A stretch of 64,000 bases of DNA, from assembly GCF_046119375.1 (NCBI RefSeq), contig NW_027362772.1:281666001-281730000 (forward strand), in the 5' to 3' direction. A program made the position numbers and the translations under genes. Positions 13,146-23,527 of this stretch are shown one piece after another. Under the pieces are notes generated by a model. That model was not told the origin of the DNA. It did not search any database and was given only the letters and a program-made list of their open reading frames with translations. Each line of letters opens with the position of its first letter. Position 1 is the first letter of the stretch. Source of the stretch: Phyllobates terribilis (taxonomy: Eukaryota).

Positions 13146-13407
13146 TTAAGAGTATTTCTGCAAAGGCATAGAAAAGAGTTTGAGCTTTCATTTCAAAATA
13201 TAAAATTCTGGGAATTATTATACCAATAGTGGAATTCCTTTAAGGGAAAAAGGAGAGAAGATGGCGCTTTGTGAGCGTAGAAAATTTAAAAAAAAAAGAG
13301 AAGTTAAAATCGAAAACAGGGAATTTGCTAACCTGATGGAGTTCAACAGGTGGAAATTCCTCCAAGGGAGTCCCGACAGTGCTTAATGAGGGTAGAGATA
13401 CAAGGTC

Positions 13408-13639
13408 AAGGGCGCTCTCACGATAGCAGAAGTAATCATTTACCAAAAAAAAAGTACAAGAAGAATAAAATAAAAATTAATTTAAAAATACAATGTGTTT
13501 TGGTGGTATAAAGCCTTCTTCAAGTGTTTGAGACACCTGAAGAAGGCTGGATACAGTCGAAACGCGTTTGTGTTTTTAAATACATTTTTATTTTCTGTTA
13601 TGGTAGTTTGATTACATCTTCTATCATTGGAGCGCCCTT
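13408..13639. mobile_element. Penelope-like element pLTR remnant, inverted duplication, with minimal hammerhead-ribozyme-like core (13531-13575, +)
   Basis: Arms 13408-13527 and 13533-13639 are imperfect reverse complements; CTGAAGA-a-GGCTG-gata-CAGTC-GAAACGCGT motif. Confidence 0.65.
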
Positions 13640-13798
13640 CACTGGTTATTTCCATCCTCATTTTGGGAATGAAGCAAATTTTTCACAAAAACATTTATCT
13701 GATGCAAAAGTGCAAGCTATCAAGTGATTGCAATAAACTGTGTAATAAAGTATTATGGAGTAATATAGAACATTTCACTCTGCAGGATATAAAAGAAA

Positions 13799-13844
13799 AT
13801 GTTGGCCAAAGTGGTAATCATCACACTTATAAGCACCATTGCAG
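13799..13844 (+). CDS. apoa4: apoA-IV-like coding exon 1 (signal peptide MLAKVVIITLISTIA|G)
   Basis: Acceptor ctctgcag at 13785, ATG 13799, phase-1 donor GTCAGT; resembles human MFLKAVVLTLALVAVAG. Confidence 0.8.
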
Positions 13845-13899
13845 GTCAGTACATGGTATATACTGTATGCATAGTAACAAAAAAGTATGCTTAGCCTAA

Positions 13900-14083
13900 G
13901 GCCTCATTCACACATCAGTATTTTTGATCAGTATTTTGTATGCCAAAACCAGGAGTGGAGCTTACAGAGAAAAAATATAATTGAAACATTGACATAATGT
14001 TCTGTGTTTTGGAGACCCTCCTGGTTTTGGCACACAAATACTGATGAAATACTGATCAAAAATACTGATGTGTGAATGAGGCC
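13900..14083. mobile_element. PIF/Harbinger-type MITE in apoa4-like intron
   Basis: GGCCTCATTCACAC / GTGTGAATGAGGCC TIRs, TAA TSD both sides. Confidence 0.85.
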
Positions 14084-14432
14084 TAAAGTGTTCCCATTAC
14101 TCTGTGTTCTTTAATGTTAAAGGGAAGGTCTTACAATGTATATTCTGCTCTATTTGTTAGCAACATGTTATAGAGCAGGAGAAGCTGAGCAAATCGATAT
14201 ATAGGATTCAGTATTGATTCACTTAAATCACTGCTCATTCGGGGCTTAGGAGTCCTGTGGGTGGTCCTACATAATGATTGACAGTTATATCTGTATACAC
14301 ACTCAGTAATACTTTTTTCATACCATTCCCTGGTTTTCCCTAATTTAAAGAAAAAATAATCACAGAAATCCTCTTTAATACTGGTCTTTAGATCTTTTTG
14401 AACTTCTCTTTTCCTGTTAAATCAATTCTTAA

Positions 14433-14920
14433 AGGGAATCTGTCAGTAGGATCAACCCTCCTAAGCCATCTATAGGGGCATGTAGGTCATAGAAAGCTGA
14501 ATAAAATGACACCTTGATATCTGAGATCCGATGTCTTATTCCAGAGAAAATCCATGTTTTTCTTAATATGTAAATGAGCTGTTTAAGATCTATGGGTGGG
14601 ACATAGATCTCCTGGAGAATCTGCCTCCAGAGCTTGTTGTAAATGAAAGGGGAATTACCAGACATGTAGATCAGGAGAGGAGCCTGTCAGTCATTACATG
14701 TCTCACACTGGTAATGCCCCCTTTCATGTACAATAAACTCTGGAGGAAGATTCTTGGGGAGATCTATGTCGGGCCCATAGATCTTAACAGCTCATTTACA
14801 TATTAAGAAAAACGTGGATTTCTCTGGAATAAAACATCGGATCTCAGATATCAAGGCGTCATTTTATTTAGCTTCATATGACCTACATGACCATATAGGC
14901 GGCTTAGGTGGGTTGATACT
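14433..14920. mobile_element. Fold-back T2/Kolobok-type MITE (right tip lost); a related partial copy lies at ~33500-33775
   Basis: TTAA-AGGGAATCTGTCAG start; two ~230-bp inverted arms. Confidence 0.75.
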
Positions 14921-15130
14921 ACAAAATATGAAAAGAAAAACGTATAAAAGGTTATGTTATTCTTTAAAAGTAAGTTGTGTAATTTTTATCTACAGCTGAA
15001 TTATTGGGAAGACAAAAGGGGCAATTGCTCAAAGACTTTTACCATCCTGTTTTCTCCTGAGCTTTACAGATGCTGTTAGTTTCTAGACATGAAAGTTTTA
15101 AAGTGGACTTTGAAAAATGTAAAAGTTTAA

Positions 15131-15772
15131 AGGGAATCTGTGACCCCCCTAAAATGCCTTTGAAACTAACTATACGGCAATATAGGGGACTTCACTCCCA
15201 TAAAAATCATACTAGCACTGCACCTGTTACTAGAAAATAACTTTAAATCCATATGCACATGAAGGGGCTTCCTTGTCTTGGCCATGAGCTGGATGCACTG
15301 TTACACCCTCTTAGTTTGTGCCTTGGGGACTTCCCCACTACTAGAGCGTATGCTGCCCCTCGTGTATGAGCATGCGCATTGATACTGGCTGTGCCAGCTG
15401 TACATGCACAAAATGGATGGGTGGGTTCTCCTTCTGGTTTCCCTCTGCTGATGTCGCTTGTACACCAGGAGGTGTAGTGAGCAGCGTCCGCTGATAGGAA
15501 AACGCACCCAGCCACTGTGTAGGAGTGACCGCTGCTGTCCATCACAAGCTAGGGCAGTCCCCAAAATGCAAATTGAGGGGGCATAAAGGTGCACCCAGCT
15601 CATGGTCACGCTATAGGTGCACCGAAGCCCCCTCATTTGTATATGGATTAAAAGCTATTTTCACAAGCAAAGTACCAGTAACAGGTGCTGTGCTATGAAT
15701 TGTATAGGGGTGACGTTCCCTATATCAATGTATAGTTGGTCTAAAAAGCATTTTGGGGGTGACAGACTCCCT
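15131..15772. mobile_element. T2/Kolobok-type non-autonomous element
   Basis: TTAA TSD; AGGGAATCTGTGACCCCC / GGGGGTGACAGACTCCCT TIRs. Confidence 0.8.
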
Positions 15773-15926
15773 TTAAGCGAGTCGTTTTTATAGGCTTTCT
15801 GCTATTGGAAGAGAGGGATAAGCAGCTGCCAAACACGCCTGACCCCGCTGATCTCTAGGTGAAACATAAATCTTACCAATTAGAGTAAATTAAATATAAA
15901 TATAACGATTGCCTTTCTTCCCTTAG

Positions 15927-16056
15927 GTTCTCTAGTCGATGACAACACGAAAATACTGGATGATGCCTTCTTGTCATACCTCGACCTGCTGAGAGGCAGC
16001 ACCAAGGACAGCGGCTCCTCACCAGGGTCCCTGGCTGACTTCAGCAGTCTATTCGA
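15927..16056 (+). CDS. apoa4: apoA-IV-like coding exon 2 (SLVDDNTKILDDAFLSYLDLLRGS...SSLF)
   Basis: Acceptor tttcttcccttag, donor GA|GTATGT; 130 nt, phase 1 to phase 2 as in apoA genes; open frame. Confidence 0.75.
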
Positions 16057-17074
16057 GTATGTGAGCCTTGAAGGATGTTTACAAACTGAAGGAAACTCTT
16101 GATACAATGAATACAATAATTATATGGAATCATATTCTAATTCTTTGTTAAAACTTTTTCTATTCTTAATAGTTTTTTTTTTTTTGTTACATTTGGGCCA
16201 CGATTCATCATTGCTGTTTCTCCACTTCTCTGGAGTAATTTGTTCCCTTTTTAGTGGCTTTAGTATTTACTCTTTATTTTCTATACGCTTCGTGTCAATT
16301 TCTAAGTCGTCTTTCTTTTCTAAGTTTTTTTATTTTTCCTTGACAACATTACTTATCCGGATGTTTTACACAGATTCATGAAATCTTGCATGCAAATGTT
16401 GCTGCATATTTGTTGCACTCCGGTCCCTGACTGGAGTAAGGTTTCAATTTGGTGCATTTTTGCGATTATTATAAAGGGTATGTGTAAGGACAGGAGTGTT
16501 ATTCCTCAAGTACAAACACGGGACAGCTTATTCTGATAAGCTATTAGATGGTTGTTGGATTAATGATGCTTTAGTTGATCGTTCAGCTGCCTTTCCCATA
16601 AACAGGAGCACTAATTCGGTTGAGCGCTCCTGTGTTCTCTACGAGAAAACTGATAGATATCTATGTCGTGGCAGCTTATCTCCGAGAAAACAAAGTGATT
16701 GACAGTCCGAAATCGGACACCCCTCCCATCGATCAGTTGGCCCGCGCACCCTGGACATTAAGGCTCATTCAGACATCCGTGCACATAGGTCTGAGATCGG
16801 AGGGCTACTGCACGGACTGGCCGACCGGAGCATGACTGCTTCATGTATTTCTACGAGGCTATCCCACTCGGGTTGGCCAGTCCGTTCATTAGTGGTCCGA
16901 TCTTGGACCGATGTGTAAGGACGTCTGAATGAGCCACACGAGTGCCGGCCAAACCTGTGGGTATCGACGAGTTCGGCCAACATTAGTCTATTGTGTGACT
17001 TTTTTGCTTAACATAAGAAACAGAGTTCTTGCACTTTTACAACAAGTAACTCATTTTCTTGCTCTCAATTTCAG

Positions 17075-17954
17075 CAGCGCTCTAACATTGGGCGAGGATA
17101 AAAGCGTATATGCTCAACTACTGAACAAAGTCTCATTTTTTGCCAAAAACCTCTACGAACAGGCGACGAAAGACTCGGAAAAACTCCAGTTGGAGTTGGA
17201 ACAGCTGAAGATCAAACTCATCCCTTATTCAGAAGAGGTGACGAAGCTGCTAAGCAAAACCACAGAAGAGCTGGAGATAACACTTAATCCCTACGCTGGG
17301 GAACTTCAGACGCAAGTCGAAAAAATTACTTTGGAATTTATCAAAAAGTTAAAAAGTTTCAGTCTAGACTTTAAGATGCCGTTGGTCTTGTACTTCCAAA
17401 CACTGGACGTTAGAATGGCGGAGTGCCTCAATGCGCTGAGGAGCGCGGTCGTAACATGCACTGAAAAGGTGAAAGAGAAGATTGATCTGCAAGTTGTGGC
17501 TTTGTATCGAAGTCTTTCTCCTTTCGCGGACGAAATGCAAGACGCTTTGAGGAAACAATTGGAGAACCTGAACTTTTCGATGAAAAAAAGTGTCATCTCG
17601 ATTGGGAGTAAGATCCTGGAGGACGCGGCAATGCTGGAGAAGCAAATGAATCTTTGTATCAGTCAGCTAAAGGAGAAGAAGGGGTCTCTCTACAGGAGCA
17701 TCAGATATACGGTGACATCCTGCCTGGTCGAAATGAGCCAGAAGATTAAAGTGTTTAATTCGGTGATGACCCCCTTTGGCGACACTCTCACTAAGTCAGT
17801 CGTATTAAGCATCGAGAACATACAAAACGTGCTTCAGGGATCTGCAGCTGTGAATCTGCAAAACAAGAAGGATATTCTGGAAAAGAGCATCTTTGAGAAG
17901 ATCAGTAACCTTATTAATAATAGCACCTTACTGATAAACGCTACCGTCCCATGA
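17075..17954 (+). CDS. apoa4: apoA-IV-like last coding exon (amphipathic 22-mer repeats); full CDS 351 aa
   Basis: Acceptor ttcag at 17074, phase 2; KDSEKL, ELEQLKIKLIPYSEEV, LNPYAGELQTQV, RSLSPFADEMQDALRKQLENLNFSMKK align with human APOA4; position upstream of apoa5. Confidence 0.85.
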
Positions 17955-19181
17955 CCCTGCTCATCTGATCCATGCACTTAAAGGGGTCGGTCACTTTATT
18001 GTTCCATATGAGCTAGAAACTGCAACGTAAGATCGGATGATCTGCACCGATGTGTATACTGCCGCCTCGTATTTTCTCCGTTTTGCACTACCGCGCTCCA
18101 GTCTCAACATGGCATCTGATGATGGTGTGTGTGACCAGATGTGTCATTAAGCAGGCATGTTGGACTTGGGCAATGTGCTCCAGACGGAGCCAACGTGGTC
18201 AGCAGCATACAAATCAATGCACATCTTCCCATAACATTTTATTGTTAAAGAGCACCTGTTTTTAGGTCAAAAATGTCCAGTTTTTGCTCTTATTTTATTC
18301 CTGCTGCTGCCCTGAATTTTCCAAATTTTTTTGTTAATCCGCCTTCTGGCTCCAGAGATATGGGCCTTTTTATATAGAGCTAATTTGTATGGTCTTTACT
18401 AAAGGGGCGTGTCTCACAGGGTAATTATGCAAAGCAGCCTAAAGACATGCCCCCGAGGATCCCCTGAGCCACACCCCTGCGGTAAAACAAAAAAATGAGC
18501 TCTAACTAAAAAGGTCCTTATTTCTGGAACCGAATGGCGGATTTAAAAAAGATAATGTAATATTCAGCGGAGCAGCGGGAATAAACAAGGATTCTATATT
18601 TGCTGTCTCTAACATATATGTAAGGATAAACAATAAGTGGCCTCCAGTTTACTATAGGGGCTTCGCATAGGTGTGGGGCTGGTGGGACATGTGCCCATGG
18701 GTGGCAGAGCGTGCCAACAAGCCACTCTGCCTTGGCCAGCTTATGTAGATGCAGAACTATCATTATAATATTATTATGTATTAAGAAAATGAATCTCGAA
18801 ATTACATAACGATTTATTTTAAGGCATTTTATGGTTTTGCTAACATAGACTGCTGTATTCTCTCTGATATATAAAACCTAACGTGCTGCCGCCTTTCATC
18901 TAAATTGTTTTAGATATGTCCTTGTAGCAGAAAGAAGTGGCTCGCTGATTATTAATATGCAGCTCAGGCCACCGAAATGAAACTTAGAATATTACAGGGA
19001 AATATAAATAATCTTCTATTACGTATTCTCTTTTATATAATCATTTTCCATCTAATATAACTTCAATAAAGCTTTCCGCAGATTAATATTCATCTTCTTG
19101 TTATACTGCGTATTTTTTCAAAACTTGGAGGCATAACTATCGGGGTGCTGAGGTTGCAGCTGCGCCTTGGAGACCCAAATG

Positions 19182-20816
19182 CAGGGCCGGCTCCAGGTTT
19201 TTCTGGGCCCCGGGCGAAAGAGTCTCAGTGGGCCCCTTTAATACATACCACGATTCATGATGCAGAGATACAGCGGAGAAATATATATATATAGTACAAT
19301 GCAAAGATTTCACTTCTTACATTACATGAGTGATATCTATTGTAAATTCCACAATAGCTCAGAAACCGGTGAATCGCTCCACACAGAATACTGGCCTCCA
19401 TATAAGGCTCCATACGGAATACTGGCCCCCATATAACGCTTCATACGGAATACTGGCCCCCATATAAGGCCCCATACGGAATACTGGCCCCCATATAAGG
19501 CCCCATACAGAATACTGGCCCCCATATAAGGCTCCATACGGAATACTGGCCCCCATATAAGGCTCCATGCGGAATACTGACCCCCATATAAGGCTCCATA
19601 CGGAATACTGGCCCCCATATAAGGCCCCATACGGAATATTGGCCCCCATATAAGGCTCCATACGGAATACTGGCTCCCATATAAGGCTCCATACGGAATA
19701 CTGGCCCCCATATAAGGCTCCATACGGAATACTGGCCCCCATATAAGGCTCCATACGAAATACTGGCCCCCATATAAGGCTCCATACGGAATACTGGCCC
19801 TCATATAAGGCTCCATACGGAATACTGGCCCCCATATAAGGCCCTATACGGAATACTGGCCCCCATATAAGGCTCCATACGGAATACTGGCCTCCATATA
19901 AGGCTCCATACGGAATACTGGCCCCCATATAAGGCTCCATACAGAATACTGGCCCCCATATAACGCTCCATACTGGATACTGGTCCCCTTATAAAGCTCC
20001 ATACAGGATACTGGCCCCCATATAATGCTCCATACAGGATACTGGTCCCCTTATAAAACTCCATGCAGGATACCGGCCCCCATGTAATGCTCCATACAGG
20101 ATACCGGTCCCCTTATAACGCTCCATACAGGATACTGGCCCCCATATAATGCTGCATGCAGGCTGTTACCCCCCACATAATGCCCCATACAGCCCCCCCC
20201 CTTTTAATGCTCCATGCAGGCTGTTACCCCCCACATAATGCCCCATACAGCCCCCCCCCCTTATAATGCTCCATGCAGGCTGTTCCCCCCCACATAATGC
20301 ACTATGCAGGCTGTTCCCCACCTTATAATGCCCCATGCAGGATGCCCCCCCCCCTCTCTTTATAATGCCCCATGCAGGATGTCCCCCCTTCTCTTTATAC
20401 TGCCCCATGTCTCCATACATTTAAAAAAAAAAAAATCAAATACTCCCCTCCCTTCTCCTCACCTGCTACCTGCTGCAGCTGCTCGGGTCCGAACTCCAGC
20501 GTTGTCTGCGTCTTCCCGCTCAGCGCTCCCTGTGATAGCTCAGGGGAGGGCGCGGTGTAAAGACGTCACCGCGCCCTCTGACCTGAGACGTCACAGGGAG
20601 CGCAGAGCAGGAAGACAGCTGATCTGCGGAGGCACGGGGAGAGGTAAGTATCCAGCTGCCGGGGCCCTGAGCAAGCGGCGGAGAAGGGCGGGCGCTGACA
20701 CTGCTCCCCTCTCCTCCGCCCATAGCCCAGCGGGGTGCGCGACCGCCAGTGGGCCCCTCTGCCTGCTCAGGGCCCCGGCATTTGCCCGGGTGCGCCGGGT
20801 GCTGACGCCGGCCCTG
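19182..20816. mobile_element. Non-autonomous hAT element carrying a tandem array
   Basis: CAGGGCCGG / CCGGCCCTG TIRs; perfect 8-bp TSD CCCAAATG at 19174-19181 and 20817-20824. Confidence 0.9.
19385..20400. repeat. 31-bp minisatellite (ggcccccatataaggctccatacggaatact), diverging rightwards
   Basis: Unit visible; ORF peptides repeat every 31 aa (3 units). Confidence 0.9.
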
Positions 20817-20939
20817 CCCAAATGGTACATTTTGGCGATGTCTGTAGCCGCTGATTGACTGCAGCGCTCACTTGACTTTGTGCCCGCAGACAGCGCCGAA
20901 GTCGCTGGAATAGCATCAGCCCGGATTCTGATTTTATTT

Positions 20940-21470
20940 TACATCACTCTTGAAATTATTCCAGAAAATGAAGTATTTCTCCCAGAAAATTATTGCAATT
21001 ACACACGTTTTGCTATAGACAATGTTATTTCCTTTGTGTGTATTGGAACAACACAAAAAAAAAAACAGAGAAAAAAAGGCAAATTGGACATAATATCACA
21101 CAAAACACCAAAAATGTTCCTGACAAAATTGTTGGCACCCTCCCAAAAATGTGGGTAAACAACTTTGCTTCAAGCATGTGATGTTCGTTCAAACTCACCT
21201 GTGGCAAGTAACAGGTGTGAGCAATATGGAAATCACACCTGTAACCAGATAAAGAAGAAGTTGGCTCAATTTTTGCATTGTGCATCTGTGTGTGCCACAC
21301 TAAGTATGGAGAACAGAAAGAGGAGAAGAGAACTGTCTGAGGACTTGAGAACCAAAATTGTTGAAAACTATCAACAATCTCAAGGTTACAAGTCCATCTC
21401 CAGAGATCTTGATGTTCTTTTGTCCAGAGAGCGCAACATAATCAATAAGTGTACAACCCATGGCATTGTA
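20940..21470 (+). mobile_element. Tc1 5' fragment (TIR remnant plus N-terminal HTH, ATG 21306)
   Basis: MENRKRRRELSEDLRTKIVENYQQSQGYKSISRDL; same TIR sequence recurs at 41503-41680. Confidence 0.8.
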
Positions 21471-21523
21471 TAACGTATTATATATCAGAGCTCATATCCA
21501 GCCTATATTATTCGAAGAGATAC

Positions 21524-21875
21524 TGTTAAAACCCTCCTGTTTGTTTTTTCCATCTTGTGTTTTGCGGTCATGTGACCACCTGCCTATATATTGCAGCTCC
21601 GCCCTTTTGGCTGTGCTGGACTTCAGTGTTGCTTGACTGTCTTTCTAGCCAGGTGCTTCGGTGACTTTACTAGGTGTCCCATTTTTGTTCCAGTCCTTAG
21701 TTCTTTTAGGGACCCCTCCCCTTATGCTATAGGTCTTCGTTCAGACTAGCTGAGGACTAAGGCGAGTCTGTTCGCTAGGAACAGGCAGCCCGCTACATCG
21801 TAGGGATTCAGCTTAGTCTTACTGTAGGGACAGTTTTCCCCTTTCTTTCCTTAGTACTTGTTGCAGATCATAATA
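21524..21875 (+). mobile_element. Solo LTR (352 bp) inserted in the satellite
   Basis: TGTTAA...ATAATA ends (one mismatch from TG..CA), 5-bp TSD GATAC at 21519-21523 and 21876-21880, internal TATA-like cctatatatt. Confidence 0.7.
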
Positions 21876-21981
21876 GATACACAGATCACACATACAGCCT
21901 ATATTATTGGGACAGACACCCAGAGTTCACACCCAGCCAATATTACTGGGAGAGACACACAGAGCTCACATCCAGCCTATA

Positions 21982-23527
21982 CAGTGGGTACGGAAAGTAT
22001 TTAGACCCCTTTAAATTTTTCACTATTTGTTTCATTGTAGCCATTTGATAAATTCTAAAAAGTTTTTTTTTCTCATTAAAGTACACTGTGCACCCCATCT
22101 TGACTGAAAAAAAACAAATGTAGAAATTTTTGCAAATTTATTAAAAAAAACAACTGAACTATCACATGGTCATAAGTATTCAGACCCTTTGCTCAGTATT
22201 GAGTAGAAGCACCCTTTTGAGCTAGTACAGCCAAGAGTCTTCTTGGGAATGATGCAACAAGTTTTTCACACCTGGATTTGTGGATCCTCTGCCATTCTTC
22301 CTTGCAGATCCTCTCCAGTTCCGTCAGGTTGGATGGTGAACATTGGTGGACAGCCATTTTCAGGTCTCTCCAGAGATGCTCAGTTGGGTTTAGCTCAGGG
22401 CTCTGGCCGGGCCAGTCAAGAATGGTCACAGAGTTGTTCTGAAGTCACTCCTTTGTTATTTTAGCTGTGTTCTTAGGGTCATTGTCTTGTTGGAAGGTGA
22501 ACCTTTCGGCCAAATCTGAGGTCCAGAGCACTCTGGAAGAGGTTTTCATCCAGGATATCTCTGTACTTGGCCGCATTCATGTTTTCTTCAATTGCAACCA
22601 GTCGTCCTGTCCATGCAGCTGAAAAACGCCCCCATAGCATGATGCTGCCACCACCATGTTTCACTGTTGGGATTGTATTGGGCAGGTGATGAGCAGTGCC
22701 TGGTTTTCTCCAAACATACCACTTAGAATTATCACCAAAAAGTTCTATCTTCATCTCATCAGACCAGAGAATCTTATTTCTCATAGTCTGGGAGTCCTTC
22801 ATGTGTTTTTGAGCAAACTCTATGTGGGCTTTCATATGTCTTACACTGAGGAGAGGCTTCCGTTGGGCCACTCTGCCATAAAGGCCCAACTGGTGGAGGG
22901 CTGCAGTGATAGTTGACTTTGTGGAACTTTCTCCCATCTCTCTACTGCATCTCTGGAGCTCAGCCACAGTGGTCTTGGGGTTCTTCTTTACCTCTCTCAC
23001 AAGGCTCTTCTCCCACGATTGCTCAGTTTGACTGGACGGCCAGGTCTAGGAAGACTTCTGGTGGTCCCAAACTTCTTCCATTTAAGGATTATGGAGGCCA
23101 CTGTGCTTTTACGAACCTTGAGTAATGCAGAAATTCTGTAATAACCTTGGCCAGATCTGTGCCTTGCCACAATTCTGTCTCTGAGCTCCTTGGGCAGTTC
23201 CTTTGAGCTCATGATTCTCATTTGGTCTGACATGCACTGTGAGCTGTGAGGTCTTATATAGACAGGTGTGTGCCTTTCCAAATCAAGTCCTAACAGTTTA
23301 ATTAAACACAGCTGGACTCCAATGAAGGAGTAGAACCATCTCAAGGAGGATCACAAGGAAATGGACAGCATGTGACTTAAATATGAGTGTCTGAGCAAAG
23401 GATCTGAATACTTATGACCATGTGATATTTCAATGAAAAAAAAATGAATTTTTTAGAATTTACCAAATGACTGCAATTAAACAGAGTGAAAAAATTAAAG
23501 GGGTCTGAATACTTTCCGTACCCATTG
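21982..23527 (-). mobile_element. Passport-like Tc1 element (DD34E) with IR/DR TIRs
   Basis: CAGTGGGTACGGAAAGTATT termini, TA TSD splitting a satellite unit (cagccta|ttactggg). Confidence 0.93.
22193..23212 (-). pseudogene. Tc1 transposase (DD34E), two frameshifts and a stop
   Basis: ORFs 22997-23344, 22479-23000 and 22193-22429: [27 protein letters not shown]..34..E, KGASTQY. Confidence 0.9.

Noticed and set aside
16929-17074. N-terminal extension of the 341-aa ORF
   Set aside because: Intronic read-through from a MITE; the real exon starts at the acceptor at 17075
19337-20064. ORFs with MEPYMGASIPYGALYGG repeats resembling structural proteins
   Set aside because: Translation of the 31-bp array inside a hAT element
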